Shown in pieces: positions 1 through 8,310 of a stretch of DNA of 55,019 nucleotides. The stretch spans positions 1 through 55,019 of IMG/VR virus record IMGVR_UViG_3300016484_001516; one strand, written 5' to 3'. Under the pieces are notes generated by a model. The model saw only the letters and a program-made list of their open reading frames with translations. It ran no database searches and was not told the origin of the DNA. Position numbers and translations under genes: made by a program. The stretch comes from a virus. Lineage: Duplodnaviria; Caudoviricetes. The number at the start of each line of letters is the position of its first letter. The stretch's first letter is position 1.

Positions 1-40
1 CATCTCTTTTAATCTTTCCTTTTCTGTCATTTACGGGTAA

Positions 41-146
41 CAAAACCAAATGTGAATTGATTAAGATAGAAAAAACTATTTAAGTATTTTATTATCAGTA
101 AGTTACAAGCAATATAAAAAATAAATGCTTGAAACGAAATGTGAAT
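41..146 (+). repeat. Left-end putative transposase-binding sites (2 copies)
   Basis: CAAAACCAAATGTGAA at 41-56 and GAAACGAAATGTGAAT at 131-146, inverted relative to the right-end copies. Confidence 0.75.
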
Positions 147-278
147 GTAAGTTCTATTCGATTAGGGAATTAGGTATTATTGCCGCACAAATTGCATTAA
201 GTTAGTCTATTTGATACCTATTTGGGCGGCAAAATAAGGATTAAAGTGGCTTTAAATCGGGTTTAAATGCAAAAAAAT

Positions 279-311
279 AATGGGGTAAGCGTTAAATGTG
301 CTTACCCCATT
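279..311 (-). terminator. Intrinsic terminator of the leftward amidoligase operon
   Basis: AATGGGGTAAGC/GCTTACCCCATT 12-bp stem with adjacent A-tract on + strand. Confidence 0.65.
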
Positions 312-316
312 TCATT

Positions 317-446
317 TAGGTGTGTTAATAGGTGTGGAATTAGGTGTGGGTTTGGCTTGGAGGAATGTCCGCATTTTCGCCAAAATTGGGTGTGCTTTTT
401 TCCTGCGGATAAATATAAATATCGGGAAAATTAGGTGTGCTTTTTT
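317..446. repeat. TAGGTGTG direct repeats near the left end
   Basis: Copies at 317, 329, 341 (12-bp period), 387 (TGGGTGTG) and 432; the last two lie in a ~20-bp AAAATTRGGTGTGCTTTTTT duplication. Confidence 0.8.
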
Positions 447-687
447 CTGAGTCTAAAACAGGAATTAAATATCCAACTTTAACTAAATCTTGCACAAAAT
501 TCTCCTCACTATCTTGCCTGATAATTATCCCTTCTCCATAAATTACCTTAGCCCGCTCCGAACACTCCTCCATGTATTGCTGAATGGAATCAGATGGATT
601 AAATGCTCCGTTGCGCATGGAAGCAACTACCTGCGGGTAGTCACTTCCTATTATAATGGTGTTTTGATTTTCAATTTTAAATTTCAT
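340..687 (-). CDS. Hypothetical protein co-transcribed with the amidoligase
   Basis: ATG at 687 (MKFKIENQ), 7 nt downstream of the amidoligase stop; the C-terminus runs into the TAGGTGTG repeats (EKSTPNF x2). Confidence 0.7.
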   Translation of the reverse strand: MKFKIENQNTIIIGSDYPQVVASMRNGAFNPSDSIQQYMEECSERAKVIYGEGIIIRQDSEENFVQDLVKVGYLIPVLDSEKSTPNFPDIYIYPQEKSTPNFGENADIPPSQTHT

Positions 688-694
688 ATTATGC

Positions 695-1642
695 TTATGC
701 TGATAAATCGTTGATGCGTCCTTGTAAATAAGTTGATAATTCTGCGGGAATAAATTTGGATAAAGATTCAAAATCCTGTCCGCTAACTACATTCCTTTCC
801 GAATACGCGATTAAATGGTGTAGGAATAAAACCCAATTAGAAATCTTGTGGTATTCTACCGTTCCCGAATGTTGGCGGAATTCAATCGTGCCATGTCTCA
901 AAAATGCTTGGTAATTAATCTTGTAATACCTGTCGCTGCGTGTAATCAATCTGTCTACCTCCGCCACCGAGTTACAATTATCAATATTACTAACCAGTGT
1001 TCTTACTGCACCATTTTTCAAGCTCTTACAGTAGTAATTGTTGCTTGCGCGTCTACTAATCGGCATAAAGGAATCAATCACATCTTCTAATAGGATATAA
1101 TTCTTGTAGATATTCTTCCAATTATCAAGTGTAAATGTGCTTGCATCAATGTGGACATGAAATCCGCAGGATTTATTGACCTTTGCGCCCACCCTGCTTA
1201 ATGCGCTGCACACTTTTTCTACCTGTGCTAATCCCTCTAACCCTTGTAACGGTGGGCTTACAATCTCTATTCCTAAGCTACCCTGAATAGAGGAATCGCT
1301 TACAAGTTTCCAGTGCGGGCGAGTTGCATGGTTGTAATTTTCGTCATGTATCTCTATTCCTTCTGCCCTTATTGCGTTCAATAACTTCCTTTTTTCTACT
1401 CCGAACATCTCAATTTCAATACCGAATTTTCTATTGAATGGTTGAAATTGCATTGCGGAAGCAGTCCTATTATTGCGGGGAGGGTTGTTATTCCTATAAT
1501 GGATTACCACATATACGTAGCCTTCTCCCGAACCGACCATCTCCGCAATCTCCTTAATTGTATATCCAAGCGCGTGTAATTGATGTATTTTCGCTGCCTT
1601 TGTGGTTCTTTGCCCCAATATTTCTTGTGCTTGTGTATTCAT
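695..1642 (-). CDS. Amidoligase (COOH-NH2 ligase, Amidoligase_2-like) with N-terminal HTH
   Basis: Motifs FGIEIEM, WKLVSDSSI, EIVSPPL, NKSCGFHVH, RYYKIN, GTIEFRQHSGT; N-terminal GYTIKEIAEMVG HTH; ATG at 1642. Confidence 0.88.
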   Translation of the reverse strand: MNTQAQEILGQRTTKAAKIHQLHALGYTIKEIAEMVGSGEGYVYVVIHYRNNNPPRNNRTASAMQFQPFNRKFGIEIEMFGVEKRKLLNAIRAEGIEIHDENYNHATRPHWKLVSDSSIQGSLGIEIVSPPLQGLEGLAQVEKVCSALSRVGAKVNKSCGFHVHIDASTFTLDNWKNIYKNYILLEDVIDSFMPISRRASNNYYCKSLKNGAVRTLVSNIDNCNSVAEVDRLITRSDRYYKINYQAFLRHGTIEFRQHSGTVEYHKISNWVLFLHHLIAYSERNVVSGQDFESLSKFIPAELSTYLQGRINDLSA

Positions 1643-1677
1643 TATCAATGACTTATATAATTTATATATGTCAGTCA

Positions 1678-1703
1678 AACGAAACAGGGGGCAAAGGTTA
1701 CGA
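1678..1703 (-). promoter_or_regulatory. ECF-like promoter motif copy 1 (drives amidoligase)
   Basis: Minus strand TCGTAACCTTTGCCCCCTGTTTCGTT, ~35 nt upstream of the ATG. Confidence 0.7.
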
Positions 1704-1763
1704 AATAGGGCAACAATCTTTACCGAAAATGAAAGATTGTTGCCCTACATTATAATGTATGCA

Positions 1764-2282
1764 TTATTTTTTTATAAGCTGTTTCATAAACTCAATCTGC
1801 GCACGTAGGTCTTCGATGTGTGCCTGTTGTATTTTCAATATCTCAGGCAAGTTATTATTCCCATAAATATCTCTTCCGTTGAAAATGAAATTTTGTGCGT
1901 TGATTTCAAAACTATTGTCGCTGATTACATTTTCTATTTGCCTATTGTAATCGTTTACAGCCTTCTGATAACAGGCTAAATACTCCTCAGCTTCTTCCTC
2001 CGTCATGTTGAAAAAGTAATTGCCATCTACCTTGAATGTATTCGCCATTATTCCGAGCGTTTCTGAAGTTACCCTCGTCTTATTTTTTTCTATATCCGCA
2101 AGCGACTGCGCAGATTTGAATCCTAATATGTGTGCTAGGTTCTTATTATCCCGCACATCTATTCTCTTCATTATAATTTCCGATATGTCTGTGAATCTCT
2201 TATTGGTGCGTTCCTTAATAGAATCGTAGCGGTTTTGCTCCTCCATAATATTTTTACTTTTAAAAATTTTCTTATTTTTCAT
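1764..2282 (-). CDS. Phage repressor-like HTH protein
   Basis: NKNLAHILGFKSAQSLADIEKNKTRVT Cro/CI-type HTH, C-terminal coiled coil, divergent from the transposase operon; start 2282 or 2246. Confidence 0.75.
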   Translation of the reverse strand: MKNKKIFKSKNIMEEQNRYDSIKERTNKRFTDISEIIMKRIDVRDNKNLAHILGFKSAQSLADIEKNKTRVTSETLGIMANTFKVDGNYFFNMTEEEAEEYLACYQKAVNDYNRQIENVISDNSFEINAQNFIFNGRDIYGNNNLPEILKIQQAHIEDLRAQIEFMKQLIKK

Positions 2283-2292
2283 AAAAATAATC

Positions 2293-2366
2293 AACTGATT
2301 TTCAGTTAATTACAAATTAATCAAAGTTTTTAACTTGATTTTCAAGAAAAAAACTTGATTTTTAAG
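2293..2366. promoter_or_regulatory. Three palindromic operators in the lysis/lysogeny switch
   Basis: AACTGA-TTT-TCAGTT (2293-2307), CTTGA-TTT-TCAAG (2334-2346), CTTGA-TTT-TTAAG (2354-2366). Confidence 0.7.
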
Positions 2367-2377
2367 AAAAAACCTTT

Positions 2378-2385
2378 TATATTTG
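2378..2385 (+). promoter_or_regulatory. Bacteroidota -7 promoter element (early promoter)
   Basis: TATATTTG matches TAnnTTTG, 28 nt upstream of the Ner-like ATG. Confidence 0.65.
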
Positions 2386-2413
2386 CATTATAGTTTTCAA
2401 AAAGGTAAACAAA

Positions 2414-2632
2414 ATGCAACTACAAAGAGGCGATATAATGTGGGTATGCAAGCACTTTTCAGTAAGTAGGCAATATGTCAGATTACTGATTGAAGGGCAT
2501 CGCAAGCCAACGCGGGGCAAAGGACCCGCAATAATTGAATCGCTTACGAAACTCGGAGAAAGTCGAAATGAAATTATCAGAGTTTCGAAAGCAAATATAA
2601 GAAAAAGCACAAAACGAAATGTGAATCCATGA
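2414..2632 (+). CDS. Ner/Cro-like small HTH regulator
   Basis: 72 aa, HTH-like VCKHFSVSRQYVRLLIEG; position between repressor and transposase. Confidence 0.65.
   Translation: MQLQRGDIMWVCKHFSVSRQYVRLLIEGHRKPTRGKGPAIIESLTKLGESRNEIIRVSKANIRKSTKRNVNP
2602..2626 (+). promoter_or_regulatory. Internal copy of the terminal (transposase-binding) motif at the transposase start
   Basis: AAAAAGCACAAAACGAAATGTGAAT ends 2 nt before the transposase ATG. Confidence 0.7.
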
Positions 2633-4668
2633 AAATAATTAATTCCAAACCATACCTTGAATTTCAAGACCTCGTGGAAAAGGGCATTTCGGAAAACACA
2701 ATCAAGAATGCCATTTACAAGGGGACTTGGGAATCCGTAAAAGATGAGAAGGATAAACGCAAAATTCTAATCCCCTTCGATTCTATTCCTGCGGCAACTC
2801 AAAAAAAATTAGGGGGAATGGAAGGAGTTATTGCGGAAAAGAAGATAGCAGAGATAGTTAAACGATTGGCAACTAAGGAAGAGGATATTGAATTTTTCAA
2901 GAAGTCATTGGAAAATAGAGTGATAGCGGAGGTGGATATATATGATATTGCTACAAGCTACGCCTATTCGAAAAGCCTTATTGAACTCTACGAGGAATGC
3001 AAGAAAAATCACGATTATTCGCTTCTCATGGCTTCCTCCCGCGCTGAAGCACTTGTAATGATACTGAAGGTAGCTGAGAAAAAAGGCTATTGCGGACTAC
3101 AAATAACGCAGAGAGCATTGGACAATAAGATATCCGTAATACGAAAAAAGGGCTATGAAACGCTCATTTCTCACAAATTCGGTAACCAAAACACGAGAAA
3201 AGTTGATGATAAGCTTCTCGCCATACTTGGGGAATTATACTCGAATAGCAAGTTTAATGGTGCGAAATTATGTAGGGAACTCAATCGAAGATTATCAGAG
3301 CATGGAATGGATAGTGTTTCGGTAGCTACAGTGAGGCTATACTTGAAGGACAATGATTTTCAGATGACTTACTTGGCAGACAGGGATGGGAAAAGAGCTT
3401 GGCAGAATAAGTATGAGCCTAATATTTCAAGAAAACCACCTTCAAGAGCTGGAATGTTGTGGAATATAGATGGTACGCCAATCGAAATCTACATGAAATA
3501 TCAGAGGACAGACAAAAACGGCAATAAGGTGTGGACAGCAAAAAGATTGTATGCGGTATTTGTGACTGATGCTTATTCTTGGAAAATTGTCGGGGCGGGA
3601 ATCGTGAATGGGAATGAGAACCGAGAACTTATTATGGCTGCCATGAAAGATGCTATCTATAAGGAGGGGTACAAGCCGCATCAACTTCTGTACGACAATA
3701 CACGAGCAATAGGGGAAGAAATGGAAAATTGGATGCGCGAAATTGCCACACACGCCTTCCCTGCTGCGGCAGGAAATGCAAAAACGAAAGTAATTGAGCC
3801 TACTTTTAAGCATTTTTTCGAATCACAGGCTAAGGAATGGATTAACTTTTCAGGATTAGGAATCAAGTCTAAGCAATCAAGCTCTCATATCAACGAGGAA
3901 TTTGTGCGGAAAAACCTAATGAAATTCCCTGAAGAAGACGAGGCTATTAAGCAGATTCGGACAATGATTGAATCTTGGAACAACGACCCTCTCTCGGCAG
4001 GTCCACCGAAAAACAGAAATAAGGGCGGAGTTAGCCTTTCTGCGGAAAAAGCACACGAAAAAGGATTGCGCATGAGTCCCGCAGAAGCACACAAAAATAG
4101 CTTAGATGTCCACAGAGACGCACTTGAAGTATTCTCAATGGAAAGAAAAGTAGATTTATTTTGGGTGTGGAGGCTTAATGGAGACAAAAGACAGACTTAT
4201 ACGCCCACAAATGACGGAATATCAGTCACTTTCCCGAATGGAGAAAAAAGGAAATTCGAGATATACAGAGATGATATGAGCATGATGGAACAGTATATTT
4301 CTACAATTGGTAAGTCAGTTCACATCAAGTACGACCCCACAGATTATTCTATGATTGCGGTGTACTTAGGCGACAGATACCTTACGCTCGCAATGGAAAA
4401 AGAAGATATTCCGATGGCGTTAGGCGACATGAAAGAGGGAGATGGCGAAAAACGCCAAGCAAAACAAGAGAAAAAGAAAGCCTTAGTGAAAAAATCTAAG
4501 GAAAAACGCGAAGAAGCAAAAGACCTTGTAGCGGATATTATACGCCCCGAGGATGTTCTGAAAGGCGGTTTTGGCGCGACTACTTCTACTCACCACAAGG
4601 ACAGATTGAATGAGGCTGAGGACGAAATTAAGGCAGAAATATTTGATTTAAGCACAATATATAATTGA
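2629..4668 (+). CDS. Mu-like DDE transposase (MuA-like)
   Basis: Integrase core WNIDGT, VTDAYSWKIVG, LLYDN, KTKVIEPTF; C-terminal KYDPTDYSMIAVY Mu-type domain. Confidence 0.92.
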   Translation: MKIINSKPYLEFQDLVEKGISENTIKNAIYKGTWESVKDEKDKRKILIPFDSIPAATQKKLGGMEGVIAEKKIAEIVKRLATKEEDIEFFKKSLENRVIAEVDIYDIATSYAYSKSLIELYEECKKNHDYSLLMASSRAEALVMILKVAEKKGYCGLQITQRALDNKISVIRKKGYETLISHKFGNQNTRKVDDKLLAILGELYSNSKFNGAKLCRELNRRLSEHGMDSVSVATVRLYLKDNDFQMTYLADRDGKRAWQNKYEPNISRKPPSRAGMLWNIDGTPIEIYMKYQRTDKNGNKVWTAKRLYAVFVTDAYSWKIVGAGIVNGNENRELIMAAMKDAIYKEGYKPHQLLYDNTRAIGEEMENWMREIATHAFPAAAGNAKTKVIEPTFKHFFESQAKEWINFSGLGIKSKQSSSHINEEFVRKNLMKFPEEDEAIKQIRTMIESWNNDPLSAGPPKNRNKGGVSLSAEKAHEKGLRMSPAEAHKNSLDVHRDALEVFSMERKVDLFWVWRLNGDKRQTYTPTNDGISVTFPNGEKRKFEIYRDDMSMMEQYISTIGKSVHIKYDPTDYSMIAVYLGDRYLTLAMEKEDIPMALGDMKEGDGEKRQAKQEKKKALVKKSKEKREEAKDLVADIIRPEDVLKGGFGATTSTHHKDRLNEAEDEIKAEIFDLSTIYN

Positions 4669-4675
4669 GAATATT

Positions 4676-5713
4676 ATGGAAATCATGCAAATCAGGGAGA
4701 GAGTATATGATGCGGTGAATAGCCTAATCAATACCAAAAAATACTCCCCACAGCAATTAGCTACACACCTGAGCATTAGTACAGCTAATATCAGTCTGTT
4801 GAAAAACAGAAAAGCCGACAAAATGGCGGATAAAACATTCATTCTGCTATATAATAACCCAGTTTTGGGGATTGTTAGGCAACAAATTATAGAAACGCCT
4901 AACTTCAATCAAATCGTGAAGATTGCGAAGCATTGTATTGAAGAAGGAAGTAAGAAGTTAGTCTATGGGCGCACAGGTTTCGGGAAAACAACAGTATTGA
5001 AGCACATTATGAGTTCGGGCGTATTAGGAGGGAACTGCTTTTACCTCCTCTGCAACAAAATGATGAGTAGAAAACGCTTCGTAATTGCCCTTGCGGACTC
5101 AATGGGCATAAAAACCCAAAGAAAAGTAACTTCTACGAATAAGTGGAAAGACCGTTCAGAAGCGGATATTTTTGAAGAAATTATCGAAAAATTGATGAAC
5201 AGCGACAATGCCCTGCTAATGTTTGATGATGCGGGTAAGTTGAAAAACGCTTGTCATGAGGCAATTCAGATAATTGAAGACCGCACCAAGGGAATGGTTG
5301 GCGTACTTCTCACCTACACTGACCAGTATTTCTACGAAAAATTGCAGCGAATGAATAGCGGAGAAATCAGAAGTTGGATAGGATTTCCTGAGTATTTCTC
5401 CCGCTTCACCTTCATTCAGAAGCTGTATGGACCCTCCGAAAAAGATGTAGAGCTACTGTGCGAGAAGGAAGGAATAGGACAGCACTTCGAAAAGGTAATG
5501 AATACAATCAAGGTTACATTCGGAGATAAGGATTCCAAGCAAAAGCCAAAAGAATCTGATGCCGCTTATAATTCGCGTATTGCGCAATGCAAGTGGAGCG
5601 GTAATCCTGCGGAAAACGAAGTTGATTATAGGCAAATTACTGCTATAATCAGCAACATTATAAAAATTATTAATCAAGATTCACAAACTAAACAAACGCA
5701 AAACAATGGCTAA
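4676..5713 (+). CDS. MuB-like AAA+ transposition ATPase
   Basis: N-terminal HTH, Walker A GRTGFGKT, Walker B LLMFDD, FSRF arginine finger; follows the transposase. Confidence 0.88.
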   Translation: MEIMQIRERVYDAVNSLINTKKYSPQQLATHLSISTANISLLKNRKADKMADKTFILLYNNPVLGIVRQQIIETPNFNQIVKIAKHCIEEGSKKLVYGRTGFGKTTVLKHIMSSGVLGGNCFYLLCNKMMSRKRFVIALADSMGIKTQRKVTSTNKWKDRSEADIFEEIIEKLMNSDNALLMFDDAGKLKNACHEAIQIIEDRTKGMVGVLLTYTDQYFYEKLQRMNSGEIRSWIGFPEYFSRFTFIQKLYGPSEKDVELLCEKEGIGQHFEKVMNTIKVTFGDKDSKQKPKESDAAYNSRIAQCKWSGNPAENEVDYRQITAIISNIIKIINQDSQTKQTQNNG

Positions 5714-5888
5714 AACACTCATTAATGTCCACATTGTGGAGGAGCAAAATGATACCGAAGTGAATATCATTGTAGGTAGAAACAAGGGAGTATTAGTATT
5801 CCCATTCCCAAAACCTTCTGAGAAAGAGCAAGAAGAGGAAGAGGAAAAAGACGCACCAGAGCCAAACGGTTCAGGAAAACAAGGCTAA
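5706..5888 (+). CDS. Small acidic hypothetical protein
   Basis: 60 aa, overlaps the MuB stop. Confidence 0.55.
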   Translation: MAKTLINVHIVEEQNDTEVNIIVGRNKGVLVFPFPKPSEKEQEEEEEKDAPEPNGSGKQG

Positions 5889-5970
5889 GAACCTTCGACC
5901 TGTGTAGCGCACGATGGGCTAAACGCTCATGGGACTCGCAGCCCCAACAGGTCGCAAAATTGTGAAAATT

Positions 5971-6381
5971 ATGGCAACGGAAAACGCAACAGACAAGCAA
6001 AAACGCTATGTAGGCGCACTCATCGCCAAGCATGATGCAAAAGAAGCGATAGTATTAGCCCATACAAGAGGCAGAACATCCTCTATTAGCGAACTGACGA
6101 AGGCGGAAGCCTCCGCCATAATCAAACAATTCACAAAGAAAAGCGAAGTTTCCAACGAGGAAGCGAAGCGAAAAAAGGTAATCCATTACGCTCATCTTTT
6201 GGGGTGGGAAAAAGAGGGTAAGGTAGATATGGAAAGACTTAACAATTTTTTGGTTAGTAGTAGCGGCTTTGGCTTGCAAATCAACCAATTAAGTGCAAAC
6301 CAACTGAATAAAGTCATATCTCAATTACAAGCAATCCACAAAAAGAATGAGCAACGCAAAGAAGGAAATAACGGCAAATAG
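5971..6381 (+). CDS. GemA/gp16 (DUF1018)-like protein
   Basis: TRGRTSSISELTKAEA...KRKKVI...LGW...LNNFL...LNKVISQLQAI pattern in the Mu early region. Confidence 0.65.
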   Translation: MATENATDKQKRYVGALIAKHDAKEAIVLAHTRGRTSSISELTKAEASAIIKQFTKKSEVSNEEAKRKKVIHYAHLLGWEKEGKVDMERLNNFLVSSSGFGLQINQLSANQLNKVISQLQAIHKKNEQRKEGNNGK

Positions 6382-6556
6382 ACACAAGAAAGTCTATGAG
6401 AAGTATATCCAACTGTCCTCCGAAAGTGTTCGTAGGGGAAACAAGATATACAAAATTCCCGAAGACGAGATATTAGCCATGTTGGGAGAAGAGTTCTACT
6501 ATACTCCCGAAACAGTAAAATCAATCATATATAAGCAGAAAAAAAATGTTCGGTAA
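6347..6556 (+). CDS. Mor/C-like small transcription activator (HTH)
   Basis: C-terminal ILAMLGEEFYYTPETVKSIIY; follows the GemA-like gene as in Mu. Confidence 0.5.
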   Translation: MSNAKKEITANRHKKVYEKYIQLSSESVRRGNKIYKIPEDEILAMLGEEFYYTPETVKSIIYKQKKNVR

Positions 6557-7073
6557 CAACTATACTCCCTCAAAAGCTACAGCAAAAGTTATTAGCGTAG
6601 ATAAGTCTAAAATGACTTGCACTTGCAAGCCTACCGAAGGCGCGACCATGCAAGGTATATTATTGACTGCTCGCCAACATGATGCGGATTTTGTGGGCAG
6701 CGTAAATATTCCGAAAGTAGGTAGTATGGTTGTGATTGATGAAGTTCCGCATGGCTTCGCAGTCGTGGAAACTGAAGAACTCAGCGAAATATTGATTGTT
6801 GGCAAGGGCTTCAAATGGGAATTTCGCATTGATACGGGTGAGGTGGTAATGAATGATGGCAACAATGGCGGCATTATAATCACGCCAAAACTTGTCAGCC
6901 AACTGAACAAAATCAACCTGTTCATTGACATTTTCAAATCTGTATTGGCTACGCCAATTACTGAAGCGGGTAATGGCGCACCGAGTTCATTCCAAGCTGC
7001 TTTGAATGCGGCATACACAAGTTTTCAAAACCCTGACTATCAGGGCATAAGCAATGATAAATTCAAACATTAA
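6546..7073 (+). CDS. Baseplate spike (gpV/Mu gp45)-like protein
   Basis: OB-fold-like AKVISVDKSKMTCTCKP...IPKVGSMVV, then VVMNDGNNGGII...LVSQLNKI and terminal NDKFKH; the tail module lacks this gene at its usual place. Confidence 0.65.
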   Translation: MFGNNYTPSKATAKVISVDKSKMTCTCKPTEGATMQGILLTARQHDADFVGSVNIPKVGSMVVIDEVPHGFAVVETEELSEILIVGKGFKWEFRIDTGEVVMNDGNNGGIIITPKLVSQLNKINLFIDIFKSVLATPITEAGNGAPSSFQAALNAAYTSFQNPDYQGISNDKFKH

Positions 7074-7081
7074 GTAAAAGC

Positions 7082-7375
7082 ATGGAAGGATTACGCAAAC
7101 TAAGAAATTTTTTTCAAGACAATTGTATTTCACAGGAAGAAATGCTTGTACTGTCCATTATTAATGAAAATCCAGCCATTAGAATGGCGGATATAAAAGA
7201 GAAAGTGGATAGAGTGCCGAGTTCAATAACGGTTATCGCGGATAAGTTGGAGAAACTGAAATTGCTAAAACGCCAACATTGCAACCAAGACCGCAGGTCT
7301 GTCCGCGTAAAAATTACGAAAGAGGGAATTGAATTATTGGATAAATTCAAAAATGAGTTTCCGAATTTGGGCTAA
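7082..7375 (+). CDS. MarR-family winged-HTH regulator
   Basis: SSITVIADKLEKLKLLKR...DRRSVRVKITKEG signature. Confidence 0.85.
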   Translation: MEGLRKLRNFFQDNCISQEEMLVLSIINENPAIRMADIKEKVDRVPSSITVIADKLEKLKLLKRQHCNQDRRSVRVKITKEGIELLDKFKNEFPNLG

Positions 7376-7383
7376 GCCCTGCA

Positions 7384-7481
7384 ATCGCATTAGCTCAATG
7401 GTAGAGCGGCTAAACGTGAAATTATTAAACCAATTTCTATTTTTCGGAAGCAGGTAGGGGGTTCGAATCCCCCATGCGATT
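7384..7481 (+). ncRNA. tRNA-like RNA with expanded, non-canonical anticodon arm
   Basis: Acceptor ATCGCAT/ATGCGAT, D-arm GCTC-AATGGTA-GAGC, T-arm GGGGG-TTCGAAT-CCCCC; anticodon arm 43 nt instead of 17. Confidence 0.75.
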
Positions 7482-7505
7482 CTTCCATTATCAAATAACA
7501 AATTT

Positions 7506-7862
7506 ATGGGGCAAAGTGAAAAAACATCATTAGAGATATTCCTAGAGCAACGGGCGACAGGAGTAAATCAAAGTTGGCTTCCCAAAGCGACATTTTCAGC
7601 AATGCAAAATCTTGGACTAGCAGCGCAAAACATATCTAATAAGATTGTGGCTGCCGCTGAAGTAATCACAGAAAACTTTCCCATTGACGCTTTTGCTGAG
7701 TCGGAAAGAGTTCTTGAAATAGACAATGAAATGCAGGAAGTAGAAATAGCTCTGCGGAGCGGCACACACTTCCAACCCGCACACATCTCGGCACTTCGCC
7801 AAAAGCTGCGGGACTTGGAAAGTGAAAAAGAAGAATTAATTCATTTATTATCAAACACTTAA
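7506..7862 (+). CDS. Hypothetical protein (C-terminal coiled coil)
   Basis: 118-aa ORF in operon, ends LSNT. Confidence 0.7.
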   Translation: MGQSEKTSLEIFLEQRATGVNQSWLPKATFSAMQNLGLAAQNISNKIVAAAEVITENFPIDAFAESERVLEIDNEMQEVEIALRSGTHFQPAHISALRQKLRDLESEKEELIHLLSNT

Positions 7863-7866
7863 ATTT

Positions 7867-8307
7867 ATGGGAACTAAAAGAGATATGAACGGAACTGCGT
7901 ACAATCTAATCAATGAGATGGCTGTGTACGCTGCTGATTTAATTTTACAGGGAAAAGTAGCGGAAAATAATGTATTTCTAATCACATCCTCTAATGAGGA
8001 AAAATTAGAAAACCCACAATTCGAATTATTGGAAGACAAAGACATTACTAACGTTAAGGATAATGAGCTGTCGAAAGCTTTTTCGGCAAACAAAAAAAAT
8101 ACATCTTCCAACATTATATACTTACATGAATGGGATGGTTTTATGGAGATGGCGAAAATTAGCCTTAAAAAGAGAAAGTTGCTTTCGCTTACGATTTATT
8201 CCACAGACGATAATAAACGTCCAGTTTGCATAGGTGTTCATGGCGATAATGCAGAAATAATATTCGATTCACATAAGGGAGTAATAGCATCATTATCAAA
8301 CACTTAA
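7867..8307 (+). CDS. Hypothetical protein
   Basis: 146-aa ORF in operon, ends LSNT. Confidence 0.7.
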   Translation: MGTKRDMNGTAYNLINEMAVYAADLILQGKVAENNVFLITSSNEEKLENPQFELLEDKDITNVKDNELSKAFSANKKNTSSNIIYLHEWDGFMEMAKISLKKRKLLSLTIYSTDDNKRPVCIGVHGDNAEIIFDSHKGVIASLSNT

Positions 8308-8310
8308 ATT

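Noticed and set aside
1-41. Left flank ...TTT ACG GGT AAC (FTGN) as the 5' half of the interrupted S8 gene
   Set aside because: Upstream residues (SLLIFPFLS) do not resemble the expected subtilase context, the junction does not restore the motif and there is no TSD
5213-5233. MuB Walker B reads DD rather than DE, suggesting inactivation
   Set aside because: Conservative change with the rest of the ATPase intact; cannot be judged without a family alignment
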